Part shown: positions 29,074-45,267 of the stretch, piece after piece
How positions within the stretch are numbered: the first letter of the stretch is position 1
Layout of the letters: each line of letters opens with the position of its first letter
Origin: an uncultured Acidimicrobiaceae bacterium
Lineage (GTDB): Bacteria; Actinomycetota; Acidimicrobiia; Acidimicrobiales; Bog-793
DNA: 64,000 nt
Direction: 5' to 3'
Assembly (NCBI GenBank): GCA_963763085.1
Contig: CAVXNB010000004.1
Location: 672,659 to 736,658, forward strand
The notes under the pieces: generated by a model
The model's input: only the letters and a program-made list of their open reading frames with translations
Database searches by the model: none
What the model was told of the DNA's origin: nothing
Program-made: the position numbers and the translations under genes

Positions 29074-31407
29074 ATGAACGCCTTCTTTGACGGCCTTGGA
29101 CGCTTCACCGTGAAGTTCCGCTGGCTGATCGTCGTCGTCTGGCTCGTCGGGACGTTCGCATCGGTGCACTACCTTCCCTCGCTGGCGAGCCAGGTCAACA
29201 ACGACAACTCGGCCTTCCTGCCCCCGAGCGCGCCGAGCACGATCGCCGGCAACCTCGCCGAGCCGCTCATCGGCAAGTCGACCCTCGTCCCGGTCATCAT
29301 CGTCGCCGTCCGCAACGACGGCACGATCACCCCGGCCGACGCCCAGGCCCTCGTGCGCCTCGCCGCCGCAGCCAAGAAGGTTACGAACGTCGCCCGCGTG
29401 CAGTACGTCGGCACGTCCAAGGACGGCCACGCCGTGCAGCTGCTCGCCGAGGCGAACATCGCCGGGTTCAGTCCCGGCCCTTCGCTGGACGTCGTCAACG
29501 GGCTCACGGCGGCGTTCGCCAAGGCGGACGCGCCGGCGGGCCTCCAGTTCCATCTGGCGGGCACTGTCGCCACCAACGTCGCGAATCAGCAGCAGTCGAA
29601 GGCGGCCGGCAACAAGACCCAGCTGGCGACGATCGTGTTCATCATCGTGCTGCTGCTGTTCGTCTTCCGCTCGGTGCTGGCGCCGCTCGTCACGCTGCTG
29701 CCGGCGGCCATCGTCCTGCAGGTCTCGGGCGCGTTCATCGGCGAGCTCGGCTCGCACGGGCTGAAGATCTCCCAGGTCACCCAGCTGCTCCTCATCGTCC
29801 TCATCCTCGGCGCCGGCACCGACTACGGCCTTTTCCTGGTGTTCCGCGTCCGGGAGGGAGTCCGCTCGGGCATGTCGCCGAACGACGCCGTGGCTCGTGC
29901 CGTCTCGCGGGTCGGCGAGTCGATCTCCGCCTCGGCCGGGACCGTCATCCTGGCGCTGCTGACGCTGCTCTTCGCGAGCTTCGGGATCTATCACGACCTC
30001 GGGGTCCCGCTCGCGATCGGGATCGCCGTGATGCTCGTCGCCGGGCTGACGTTGCTGCCCGCCCTGCTCTCCATCCTCGGGCGCGCCGTGTTCTGGCCCT
30101 CGAAGGTCGTCGCGGGCGAGCTGCACGAGAGCTGGTGGGGACGCGTGGCTCAGCGAGTCGTGGCCCGTCCCGCGCTCACGCTCTCGATCGGCCTCGTCGT
30201 GTTCGGCGCGCTCGCGCTGGGGTCGTTCTTCTACTCGCCTGCGGGCTTCGGCGGGGACCTGACGGCACCGAGCGGCACCGACGCCGCGGCTGGAAACGCC
30301 GCTCTCGCGAAGTACTTCCCGCAGGCGAGCGCGAATCCCACGAACCTCATCCTTCGACTCGCGGACCCCGTCTGGAAGGACACCGCGGCCGTCGTCTCGG
30401 CGGAACATCAGCTCCAGACCACCGGGCTGTTCGACGCGCTGTCCGGGCCGCTCAACCCCGCCGGCGCGCCCATCCCGCCGGCCACCTACGTGCAGCTTCA
30501 CAAGACGCTCGGGAACCCGGCACTGCTGCCGGCGGTGCCTACGCCGGGTTCGCCCGGCGCGCGGATACGGGCGGCGTTGTATGACGCTTATCGCGCGACG
30601 GCCCGTTTCGTGAGCCCTGACGGGCACACGATCCAGTTCGAGGCCGGCCTCACCGCCGGCGACGCCGGCTCGACGCCGGCGCTGAACGCCGTACCCGCAA
30701 TCCGCCACGCGCTGACGGGGATCCAGCACAGCATCGGCGCCTCCGCGAGCGGCGTCGCGGGCGAGGCTCCCGCCCTCTACGACGTGAGCTCGATCTCCGA
30801 CCACGATCTCATTCGGATCGTCCCGATCGCGATCCTCGCGATCGGGATCCTGCTCGCGCTGGTGCTGCGCAGCCTGATCGCGCCGCTCTACCTCATCGCG
30901 AGCGTCCTTCTGTCCTACCTCGCCGCGCTCGGTCTCGCCTCGATCCTGTTCATCAAGCTCGGCGGGAGCGGCGGGCTGACCTTCCTCCTGCCGTTCTTGA
31001 TGTTCATATTCCTCTTAGCCCTGGGCGAGGATTACAACATCCTCGTCATGACGCGCATCAGGGAGGAGGCTCACCACTTCCCGCTCCGGGACGCCGTCGT
31101 GCGCGCTGTGGGTGCTTCGGGCCCCACCATCACGTCGGCCGGCTTGGTGCTGGCGGGGACGTTTCTCGTGCTTGCCGTGACCGGTGGGAGCGGCGGCGGC
31201 GGCAGTCAGATTCGCGACATCGGCCTCGGGCTGGCGTTGGGCATTCTGATGGACACCTTTCTCGTCCGGAGCCTGCTCGTACCCTCGACGGTATCCCTCC
31301 TCGGCCGGTGGAACTGGTGGCCCGGGAAGCTGGCCGTCGATGACGAGCTCGGGCAGCCCCCCGAGGTGCGTGACGCCGTCGTCGGCGCCGGCGCGCCGCC
31401 GGCCTGA
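29074..31407 (+). CDS. MMPL family (RND superfamily) transporter
   Basis: 777 aa. Two blocks of six TM helices each preceded by a soluble porter domain. Typical MMPL N-terminus (FRWLIVVVWLVGTFASV). Confidence 0.85.
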   Translation: MNAFFDGLGRFTVKFRWLIVVVWLVGTFASVHYLPSLASQVNNDNSAFLPPSAPSTIAGNLAEPLIGKSTLVPVIIVAVRNDGTITPADAQALVRLAAAAKKVTNVARVQYVGTSKDGHAVQLLAEANIAGFSPGPSLDVVNGLTAAFAKADAPAGLQFHLAGTVATNVANQQQSKAAGNKTQLATIVFIIVLLLFVFRSVLAPLVTLLPAAIVLQVSGAFIGELGSHGLKISQVTQLLLIVLILGAGTDYGLFLVFRVREGVRSGMSPNDAVARAVSRVGESISASAGTVILALLTLLFASFGIYHDLGVPLAIGIAVMLVAGLTLLPALLSILGRAVFWPSKVVAGELHESWWGRVAQRVVARPALTLSIGLVVFGALALGSFFYSPAGFGGDLTAPSGTDAAAGNAALAKYFPQASANPTNLILRLADPVWKDTAAVVSAEHQLQTTGLFDALSGPLNPAGAPIPPATYVQLHKTLGNPALLPAVPTPGSPGARIRAALYDAYRATARFVSPDGHTIQFEAGLTAGDAGSTPALNAVPAIRHALTGIQHSIGASASGVAGEAPALYDVSSISDHDLIRIVPIAILAIGILLALVLRSLIAPLYLIASVLLSYLAALGLASILFIKLGGSGGLTFLLPFLMFIFLLALGEDYNILVMTRIREEAHHFPLRDAVVRAVGASGPTITSAGLVLAGTFLVLAVTGGSGGGGSQIRDIGLGLALGILMDTFLVRSLLVPSTVSLLGRWNWWPGKLAVDDELGQPPEVRDAVVGAGAPPA

Positions 31408-31411
31408 AGCG

Positions 31412-32590
31412 TCAGGCCGGTGTGGGACCGTCGGGCGTCGCGGGGACTGGCACCGGCGCAGGACCGTTGCTGGGCGGTGCCTCGAGTGGCGCCTGGAGCG
31501 GCATCACCGAGATCTGGGGCACGCCCCCCTTGACCGCCTCGTAGATCGAGTAGCCCTGCGTGACGAGGTTCGTCAGCAGATCCGTCACGCCCGTGGTGCC
31601 GTTGACGAGGACGATGTTCGCGCCGTTGATGCCCTGGGCCGCCGCTTCCACCAGAGCTGGTAGCTGGTCGACGATCTTGTTCGCCGCGATGAGGCTCTGG
31701 TTGCCGCCGGCGAGAGCCTCGGCCCTCGCCTTGATGGCATCCCGGTCGGCCTCGGCAAGGCGAATCGTACGGTAGGCCTCCGCGTCGGCGGGCTTCTCGA
31801 CCTCCGCGATGAGATCCTTCTCGCGTTTCTCCGCCTGGAGCGCGGCCAGCCTTGTCTGCTCTTCGGTCACCTTCTGGGTCGCCTTGGCTTCTGCGAGCGG
31901 GCCCGCCTGGGCCGCCGAGGCTTGAGCCTGCTCGATCTCGGCTCGGTACCCGGCCTGCTTGATCTCGGCCTCACGAACGAAACCGGCCTTGAGCGCGTTC
32001 GCCTCCTGCTCCTTCTCGGTCGCGGCCTGATCGGCCTGAGCAGCGGCGATCCGGGCGTCGCGGGCGACCGCGGCGGCATGCGGAGCCGCGAGGTTGTTGA
32101 TGTAGCCGGTGTCGTCCTTGATCTCCTGGATCTGGAACGCATCGATCACCAGCCCGAGCTTCTCCATCTCGTCGGTCGACGCCGACTTCACCTCCTGGGC
32201 CACCCGGTTGCGGTCGCCGATGATCTCCTCGACGGTCAGGCCGCCGACGATCGAGCGGAGGTGCCCGGCGAGCACCTGGGAGGTGAGCCGTTCCATCCCC
32301 TGTTGTTGGTCGAGGAAACGCCTCGCGGCGTTGGCGATCGAGGCGTTGTCGTCGCCGACCTTGAACACGGCCACCGCTTCGACCGTGAGCGGGATCCGCA
32401 GCTTCGTCACACAGACCTCGGAGATCAGCGCTTCCCTGAGGTCGAGCGAGAGCCAGCGCGCCTTGTTCGTCCACGGGAAAACGAAGGAGCCCCGGCCCGT
32501 CACTATGCGGAACTGGGCTCCGTCTGTGCTCCGCTTGGAACCGGAGACCACCATCGCCTCGTTCGGTGCCGGGATCTTGTAAAAGAACAT
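31412..32590 (-). CDS. SPFH/band-7 (flotillin-like) protein
   Basis: 392 aa. N-terminal hydrophobic hairpin, SPFH core, long Ala/Glu-rich coiled-coil flotillin domain (AAQADQAATEKEQEANALKAGFVREAEIKQAGYRAEIEQAQ...). Confidence 0.8.
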   Translation of the reverse strand: MFFYKIPAPNEAMVVSGSKRSTDGAQFRIVTGRGSFVFPWTNKARWLSLDLREALISEVCVTKLRIPLTVEAVAVFKVGDDNASIANAARRFLDQQQGMERLTSQVLAGHLRSIVGGLTVEEIIGDRNRVAQEVKSASTDEMEKLGLVIDAFQIQEIKDDTGYINNLAAPHAAAVARDARIAAAQADQAATEKEQEANALKAGFVREAEIKQAGYRAEIEQAQASAAQAGPLAEAKATQKVTEEQTRLAALQAEKREKDLIAEVEKPADAEAYRTIRLAEADRDAIKARAEALAGGNQSLIAANKIVDQLPALVEAAAQGINGANIVLVNGTTGVTDLLTNLVTQGYSIYEAVKGGVPQISVMPLQAPLEAPPSNGPAPVPVPATPDGPTPA

Positions 32591-32612
32591 CCGCCTTCAC
32601 CCTCTCGACGGA

Positions 32613-32837
32613 TCAGTAGCTCGTCACAAGGAGCGTGCGCGAAGACAGCTGCTCGACCACGACGATCCGCGTGTTCACGGCGAGCGACTCCTCGGTCTGA
32701 GTGTAAGCCGTGTAGGCCTCCGAGCCTCCGCGGATCTGGATGATGACCTCCCCCGGGACGCCTGGGGAGATCGGAACGGAGACCCGTCCCCTCCTGCCGA
32801 CGGTCTCGTCGGCCGTGCCGTCAGAACTCGAGTCCAT
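32613..32837 (-). CDS. NfeD-like OB-fold protein (short form), partner of flotillin
   Basis: 74 aa. Beta-rich OB-like sequence (GRVSVPISPGVPGEVIIQIRGGSEAYTAYT). Immediately upstream and co-oriented with the SPFH gene, which is the conserved nfeD-flotillin arrangement. Confidence 0.55.
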   Translation of the reverse strand: MDSSSDGTADETVGRRGRVSVPISPGVPGEVIIQIRGGSEAYTAYTQTEESLAVNTRIVVVEQLSSRTLLVTSY

Positions 32838-32995
32838 CTGCTTGTTGAATCTACTTCGTCGCCGAGGTGCCTCACTTCCGACGTCGGATCAGAGCGACGG
32901 GTGCGCCGGCTCGAGGCCAAGAGGAGCGCCCGCGCTCCTCCGACCATACTGAGCCGGTGCGGAGTGAAGCTGGTCGTAAGAGGGCGGGGGAGGTG

Positions 32996-34186
32996 AACGT
33001 TCGCCGACTGTTGATTCTCGTGAGTGCCGTCGTCCTCGTCGACACGGTGTTCTTCACTGCCCTCACGCCCCTCTTGCCTCACTATGTGCACAGCCTCGGC
33101 CTCTCCAAGACTCAGGCCGGCATCCTCGTTGCCGCCTATCCGCTGGGCACGCTCATCGGAGCGCTGCCCGGCGGGGTCCTCGCCTCCCGCCTCGGAGTCC
33201 GGGCGGCCGTCGTGCTCGGGCTTTGCCTCATGAGCGGGGCCACGCTCGTCTTCGGCCGGGGGAGTTCGATCGTCGTGCTCGACTTGGCCCGGTTCGTCCA
33301 GGGTCTCGGGGGCGCCGGTACCTGGTCCGGGGGCATGGCCTGGCTTGCCGCCGGCACGCCAGTCGAGCGCCGCGGCGGCGCGATGGGTGTCGCCCTCGGC
33401 GCGGCGGTAGGCGGTGCGCTGCTCGGCCCGGTGATCGGCGCCGTCGCGAGCCGGACGGGTACGGGTCCGGCCTTCGATGCTGCCGCTGTCGCGGGTCTGG
33501 GTCTCATCGTCATGAGCTTCCGAGTAGCCACGCCGCCCGGGGGCGAGTCGCAAAGCCTGCGCAGCGCCATGCACGCGATACGGGACGCCGGCGTCGCCGG
33601 AGGGATGTGGCTGACCTGTCTCGCAGGCGTGTCGTTCGGCGTCGTCGACGTGCTTGCTCCTCTTCAGCTCAACGCTCTCGGGGCGAGCGCCGTCGTCATC
33701 GGTGGCGCATTCCTCGGTGCCGCCGCGCTCGAGACCGCGCTCTCGCCACTGGTCGGCCGTCTCGCCGACAAGCGGGGGCGCCTCCTTCCGGTGAAGATCT
33801 CGGTCGGCACTGCGATCGCGGTCAGCGTGCTGCTGCCTTTCGTGCACCCGGCTTGGGTCCTCGTCGGATTCCTGATAATCGGTATTCCGGCCTATGGCAC
33901 CCTCTTCGTCCCAGCCTCGGCGTTGCTCAGCGACGGCGCCGACCGCCAGAAGCTGCACCAGGGGCTCGGATTCGGACTCGTCAATCTCTCCTGGGCGGGC
34001 GGCCAGGCCTTCGCGGCAACCTCGAGCGGCGCGATCGCCCAGGCGACGAGTGACGCGGTTCCGTACCTGCTGCTGGCCGCCGCTTTCGGGTGCACGTTCG
34101 TGGCGCTGCAACCTTGGGGTCGCCGTGTGCTGGCGCGTCTCGGGTGGAGCGCACAAGCCGCCGGGGCGAGTACCGACGGCCCCTAG
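32996..34186 (+). CDS. MFS transporter (12 TM)
   Basis: ORF 32867..34186. Hydrophobic core starts near the GTG at 32996 ([21 protein letters not shown]). MFS motif A-like loop ([15 protein letters not shown]). A second half with 6 TMs. Confidence 0.75.
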   Translation, partial: NVRRLLILVSAVVLVDTVFFTALTPLLPHYVHSLGLSKTQAGILVAAYPLGTLIGALPGGVLASRLGVRAAVVLGLCLMSGATLVFGRGSSIVVLDLARFVQGLGGAGTWSGGMAWLAAGTPVERRGGAMGVALGAAVGGALLGPVIGAVASRTGTGPAFDAAAVAGLGLIVMSFRVATPPGGESQSLRSAMHAIRDAGVAGGMWLTCLAGVSFGVVDVLAPLQLNALGASAVVIGGAFLGAAALETALSPLVGRLADKRGRLLPVKISVGTAIAVSVLLPFVHPAWVLVGFLIIGIPAYGTLFVPASALLSDGADRQKLHQGLGFGLVNLSWAGGQAFAATSSGAIAQATSDAVPYLLLAAAFGCTFVALQPWGRRVLARLGWSAQAAGASTDGP

Positions 34187-34704
34187 CTGCCAGGGGGCGC
34201 CGACGGCCGATCCGGCGGCTGCTGCGGTCCGGAGGGCGGAGCCTGGGCGGGGACCTGGGGGTCCCCGATCCACTGACGCCCGTCCCACCAGCGGACCTTG
34301 GTCTGATCAGCTGCGTCGGGGTACCAGCCAGGCGGCGGCAGGGGAGCGTCCTGACCCGGAAAGTAGGCCAGGGCGGCCGCTTGCCTCGCGCCAGGCGACG
34401 GGACGCCTTGGGTGCCGGTGGACGCCCGCCAGCGCTCGAAGTCGCGGTGCCGGCGAGGTGCCTCCACACAGGCCCAGACGATCGACACGATCCAGGCGAC
34501 GATCAGCACCGCCAGGGCCAGCTTCGAGTGGACGCCGAGCCCGACATAGGCGGCCACTGTCGCCACCGACAGGATCAGCCCCGGAACGACCTTGACGTAG
34601 AGGAGGCCGAGGGGTCCGAGGAACAACGCCAAAAAGACGGCGAGCGCCGGCGACTTGTCGACCGGTATACGGTTCGGTGCGGTACCCGGCGAAGCGCTCA
34701 CCAC
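34183..34704 (-). CDS. membrane protein with C-terminal DUF2510-like domain
   Basis: 173 aa. Three TM helices, then a Pro-rich tail with [20 protein letters not shown] (DUF2510-type motif). Confidence 0.5.
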   Translation of the reverse strand: MVSASPGTAPNRIPVDKSPALAVFLALFLGPLGLLYVKVVPGLILSVATVAAYVGLGVHSKLALAVLIVAWIVSIVWACVEAPRRHRDFERWRASTGTQGVPSPGARQAAALAYFPGQDAPLPPPGWYPDAADQTKVRWWDGRQWIGDPQVPAQAPPSGPQQPPDRPSAPPGS

Positions 34705-36799
34705 GAGAGATCCTCTCAGTTCCCGGGGTTCCGTGTCCTCGAACTCGACGACGGTCAGAGCCCTGCTGCGCCGGTGATCGGGGCCGAGGGCCGGCGGCCG
34801 GCGAGCGAATTGAGGAAGGCGGCGTCCCCGTACCCGTACACCGAGCCGTCTGCCGCGACGACCCAGTAACCCCCGCCGTCCGGGGTCGCGACCACGGAGG
34901 CGATCGGCACCGAGCTCGTGACGCCTTGGGCGGCCGGCGACCCGTAGTACCTCGCGTCGCCGAAAGCCCGGACGTCACCGCCGGCCGTCACGAGCCAGTA
35001 GCCCCGACCGTCAGGCGTCACGGCCATTCCGGCATCGGGCTGCCCCTGGGCTCCTGGCTGCCCGCCGGCTCCGGCCCGATGCGCTGGGTAGTCCTTGGCG
35101 TCACCGAACGGGAAGACCTTCCCATCCGCCCCGACGAGCCAGTAGCCCTGTCCGTCGGGTGTCGCCTCGATGCCGACGACGGCGGTGCCGAAGGTAGAAG
35201 CCGTGAGCGATCCGTGGGCGGACGCGTCCCCGAAACGGAAAACCTTCCCGTTCGAGGCGACGAGCCAGTAACCGAGACCTGTGGGCGTGGTCGCCATGCC
35301 CACGATCGGTCGGCGCAGAGCCGCCGCGTTCGGCGACCCGTGGAACGTGGCATCGCCGAACTCGAAGATCGCGCCGTCGGCGTGTACGAGCCAGTAGCCC
35401 TTGCCGTCGGGCGTGACGGCCATGGCGACGCGCGCCGTCCTGTCGGAACGCGGGCTGTCCGGCGGATGCAGTCGGGCTTGTCCGAACCTGTACACCCTGC
35501 CTCTCGAGGTCATCAGATAGAGACCCTGCACCGATCCGGGCGGGAACTTCAGCTGCTCGATCAGGGTCTGGAACAGCGGGCTGTTCCCGCCTACGCCGGT
35601 GGCAGTTGTACCGCTCGCCCAGCAACCAGTTCCTGCGACACACGCGAGACCTCTCAGCAAGCTCAGCGCCGTGACCGAAGGGCTCGCCTGTACCACCCAC
35701 TTCGCCCCGGTCCACTTCTCGATGAACGCCTCCGGCTGGAAGTTATCTGCGCTGGCGCTTGTCGATCCCGCCGCCCAGCAGCGGCTCGCGCTGAGGCACG
35801 TCACCGAGCTGAGGATGGCACCGACTTCGCCGGCGGGCGTTGCGCTCGGCACCTCGACCCACTTCGCGCCGTTCCAGTGTTCCATCAGGCTGGGACCCGA
35901 CGTTCCGCTGCTGTTGGTGGTGGTCCCCGAGATCCAGCAATTCGAAGCGCGGACGCAGGTCACATCGGCCAGATAGCCGCCTTCGGGAGCCGGCGCACGC
36001 GGGCTCGCCACGACCGACCAGGCCTTGCCGTTCCAGTGTTCCACCAGGCCTTGGTCCCCGACGGCGCCGGGGAAGATCGGGAGGAAGTTGCTGTTCTCCG
36101 GGTTCGGGCCGGCCGCTCCGACGACCCAACAATCCGAGGGGCCGTCGCAGGTGAGCGCATTGAAGGTGTCGTGGGCCTGGCCTGACGGAGCGAACCTGCT
36201 GATGGACCAGGCCGAGCCGTTCCAGTGTTCCATCAGCGCGCTCGACGGGGAACCCGAATCGCCCGTGAGGGCTCCGGCCGCCCAACAGTCCGCCGAGCTT
36301 GCGCAGGCAACCGCGGTGAGGTAGCCGCCCTTGGTCCCGTTGACCAGCGGGCTGGGCACCGCCAACCAGGCGGAACCGTTCCAGTGCAGGGTCAGCCCCG
36401 AATTCGGGATTGTTCTGTGCGCCCAAGACGCCGCCGACAGCCCAGCAGTCCGAGCCGGTCAGGCATGTCGCGTCGAGCAACGCGTACCGATGGCCGGCCG
36501 GCGGTTCGGGGCCCTTGACGATGGACCACGAGGCGCCGTTCCAGGACTCGAGCAGCGGTCCGAAGCTGCCGTTCTGGAAATTCGTGCTCGTGAGACCCAC
36601 CACCCAACAGTCGAAGGCGTTCACGCACGAGGCCGCGAGCGGGAGGTTGTCGGAGGTCGAGCCCGTGTTCGGGCTGGTGATGATGCTCCATCCGCCTGCG
36701 CCGGGGCCGGGGCCGGCTGCGGCGGGGGAGCCGGCGCCGAGCGGGGGAGCTGCCCGCCAGGGCCACGAGGAAGGACCCCCCGAGCATCCCGATGAGCGA

Positions 36800-40105
<3,306 letters not shown>

Positions 40106-40230
40106 TGCCCAGCGGCACCGGGTCGTGTCAACTTGGTCCCGGAGACGGCCGGCGCTCAGCCGGCCGGTGGCTCCCGAGTCGTTGACGCGCTTGAGCCGAA
40201 CCGGTTCCGGCCGGCCGCGGGTGACAAGCT

Positions 40231-41271
40231 TTGGTCATGACGACCTACCGCGTCGAGAGCGACGAGACCGGCCATCACCTCGTCGCTTCCTGGCCCGATC
40301 TCCCCGAGCGGGCGTCTCAATCGGTCGCCATCTTCGAGGATCTGAAGCTCGCCTCGGTGGCGAAGAGCGTGCTGAGTGCTGCATCGCGCTACCGGTGGCG
40401 ACGACGGCTGGAGCTTCTGGACGCGGGCATCTTCTCGGAAGAGCAGGTGCCACCGGATCCAACCCCGGCGGACAGCCCGGACGTCACAGGGGTCGCGCCC
40501 GACTCGGGTGGAGGGCCAGATCAGCCGTCGTGGCTACCAGGGTTGCCGACGACCGTGATTCTTGGCGACTCGACGATGGGTGCCTATCTCGCGGAGCGGA
40601 TCGAGCGGTTGCTGCCCGAAGCGGGTGGAGGACCGGAACCTGTCGATCCCGAACGGTCCGGTTACGGTGCCCAGGTTCCGCTCGGGAATCTGCGACCGCT
40701 GTTGTGGAGGGACTGGTTCAGCCATCTCCAGGCTGACGAGCATGATCACCTGGCTGCCGAGCTCGACGAGGACCTTTCGGCCACCGCCGGCCCGCTGGTC
40801 GGGAGGGCGCGGCAGATCGCCTGGTATCTGCGCGCCGAGCTGCTTGTCGACGAGGACGACCCGAAGCTGGCGGCGAACCGCGGCGATGCCGCCGGCGGGG
40901 ATGGTTTGCAGGACTACCAAAAGTCGCTCGTCGACCTGCTGGCCGAATTGATCGGCTTTCGGGTCGAGTCGACGGCGGTGGAGGTCGACCCGGATCACGA
41001 GGGTCTCCTGCGGGTGCATTCGCCGCGAGGGGTTGTCGGGTTCTGGCTCGACGACGAGGAGAGCTGGTACTACGGATGGCCCGACCCGGACTCGCCGAAC
41101 GATCAGCCCACAAGCTGGCTTCACGCGGGCACGCTTCCGAGCGACACGAGCGTCGGGGACCTGGCCTCGTTCATCACCGAGAGCGTCGCCCGCGGCGTCT
41201 GGCCATTTGCGGGCCAGGCTCCTCAAGAGCGACGGGGGTTGTTCGGCGGTCGCCGTCGGAGCTCGCGCTGA
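40231..41271 (+). CDS. hypothetical acidic protein
   Basis: 346-aa ORF with balanced composition (W/Y/F present, not Arg-rich). No recognisable motifs. Followed by three small co-oriented ORFs. Confidence 0.45.
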   Translation: MVMTTYRVESDETGHHLVASWPDLPERASQSVAIFEDLKLASVAKSVLSAASRYRWRRRLELLDAGIFSEEQVPPDPTPADSPDVTGVAPDSGGGPDQPSWLPGLPTTVILGDSTMGAYLAERIERLLPEAGGGPEPVDPERSGYGAQVPLGNLRPLLWRDWFSHLQADEHDHLAAELDEDLSATAGPLVGRARQIAWYLRAELLVDEDDPKLAANRGDAAGGDGLQDYQKSLVDLLAELIGFRVESTAVEVDPDHEGLLRVHSPRGVVGFWLDDEESWYYGWPDPDSPNDQPTSWLHAGTLPSDTSVGDLASFITESVARGVWPFAGQAPQERRGLFGGRRRSSR

Positions 41272-41367
41272 TCCCGCGCCTGCCCCGTGTCATCGATCGT
41301 TCCTGGCGGGAGGGATGCGACGGCGAGGGATGCCGGACGGCGCAAGGGCGTATCCTGACCGGACCAT

Positions 41368-41580
41368 GGTGAACCTTTCCGACAAGGCGAAAGCCGCTCA
41401 GCAAGCCCTGCGCGACGCTTCGGCCCAGTATCAGGTCGTGGTCGATCGCGTCATCGAGGACCCCCGGGGGGCGTTCGTCCACGAGCTCCGCGAGGCCGAG
41501 GAACGCGTTGCCGAGGCGGCGGCGCGGTGGGCGCTCGAGTACGTGGAGGGCGCCGAGTTCGACACCCCGGGCGCGTAGGG
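41368..41580 (+). CDS. small hypothetical protein (approx 70 aa, helical)
   Basis: ATG at 41368 (MVNLSDKAKAAQQALRDASAQYQVVVDRVIEDPRGAFVHELREAEERV...). Coiled/helical composition. Low confidence. Confidence 0.3.
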
Positions 41581-41663
41581 CCGCCTCTGCGCGCACTCCT
41601 CCGACGCGTGTAGCTTCCATCTGCGCGCTGCCGCCGGCGACGGGTCACAGAGGGGAGTCGGAC

Positions 41664-41978
41664 ATGGCGAAGTACGTGTTGACGTGGAGATTGAGGCTGG
41701 GTGGGACGGCTCAGGAGAACCACGACGACGGGGATCGACTGCTGGCGACGTTCGCCAAATGGCAGCCGCCCGCCGATCTGAACTTCTTGCAGTTCCTCCA
41801 GCGGGTCGACGGCCAAGGTGGCGTGGCGGTTATCGAGACCGACAGCCCGGCCAGCCTGCACTCCGAGGTGGCGAAATTCGACCCCTGGCAGGAGTTCGAG
41901 GTCATCCCGGTGGTCGACCTGGTGGAGAGCATCCCTGTGATCGCCGCCGCGGCGGAGTTCCGCAGATCAATCTCGTGA
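41664..41978 (+). CDS. DUF3303-like small protein
   Basis: 104 aa (MAKYVLTWRLRLGGTAQE...LLATFAKWQPPADLNFLQFLQRVDGQGGVAVIETDSPASLHSEVAKFDPWQEFEVIPVVDL). Pattern resembles the approx 100-aa DUF3303 family; recalled from memory, no search run. Confidence 0.45.
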   Translation: MAKYVLTWRLRLGGTAQENHDDGDRLLATFAKWQPPADLNFLQFLQRVDGQGGVAVIETDSPASLHSEVAKFDPWQEFEVIPVVDLVESIPVIAAAAEFRRSIS

Positions 41979-42271
41979 CCGAACGGCGGCCTGTCCCGGA
42001 AGGTTGGTACCGCGATCCCTTCGGGGCCCACGAGGCGAGGTGGTACTCGGCAGGGACGCCTACGGCCCTCGTTCGGGACGGGGCGGTCGAGGCCCACGAC
42101 CCACCGCCGGTGATCGCCGGGGCCGAACGGCTCGAGCCCGAAGAGCTTCCTGAGGCCGACACCGTGGGTGGGTTGCGGCGCGCCGACGAGGCCGAGGCCG
42201 TCTCGGCCTATGAGCAGGAATCACCGGCGGAAGCCGCCTGGGAAGCAGCGGCCGAGACCCCTCTCAACTGA
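41976..42271 (+). CDS. DUF2510-like domain protein
   Basis: GTG start overlapping the previous stop. GWYRDPFGAHEARWYSAGTPTALVRDG motif, then an acidic tail. Confidence 0.4.
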
Positions 42272-42493
42272 GGTTGCTGCCAGCCCTGGCGGGATGGCCT
42301 CGGGCGTCCGGCGTCCCGTCCGCCCTGCGGGCTGGAGGGCCGGCCGAAAGTGAGCAGCTTTGGAGAAGCATCGGTCGCCGAGCCGCACGTACCATGACCG
42401 TCATCGGCGTCACGATTCACGAGTCGCCTCGCCGTTGGTCTTGACACGACCGTACACACCGGGTCCATCTGACCCACGACTTCAGGAGTGACC

Positions 42494-42850
42494 ATGACCG
42501 GCTCTTCCACCCAGGGAATCAAGACCGTGCTGCATCCCGTGTCCGACCTCGAGAGGGCCAAGCCGGTGTATGCCGCCCTGCTCGGCGTCTCGCCGGAGGC
42601 CGATGCCCCCTACTACGTCGGCTTCGAGGCCGCGGGCCAGCACATCGGGCTGGTACCGGGCGGTGGACCGCAGGGCATGACATCACCGGTGACCTACTGG
42701 GAGGTGTCGGACATCGAGGCGAAGCTGGCCGAGGTGACCGCGGCGGGTGCGACCGTGAAAGAGCCCGCGGCGATGTCGGCGGCGGCCGCCTCGTGGCCAC
42801 TTTCACCGACCCCGATGGCAACGTCCTGGGGCTGCTTCAGGATCCTTGAG
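42494..42850 (+). CDS. VOC (glyoxalase/bleomycin-resistance fold) family protein, one frameshift near the C-terminus
   Basis: MTGSSTQGIKTVLHPVSDLERAKPVYAALLGV...GQHIGLVPGG...YWEVSDIEAKLAEVTAAGATVKEP, then the listed frame decays. An alternative frame gives the expected ending RDVGGGRLVATFTDPDGNVLGLLQDP* at 42850. Shift around 42770. Confidence 0.6.
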
Positions 42851-42861
42851 CGCCGATCAGC

Positions 42862-45246
<2,385 letters not shown>

Positions 45247-45267
45247 CCGAGCCCTCGCCGTCACGGC

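Noticed and set aside
28750-30804. 684-aa minus-strand ORF opposite the MMPL transporter
   Set aside because: Extremely Arg/Asp/Gly-rich with no hydrophobic structure. The MMPL frame shows 12 TM helices.
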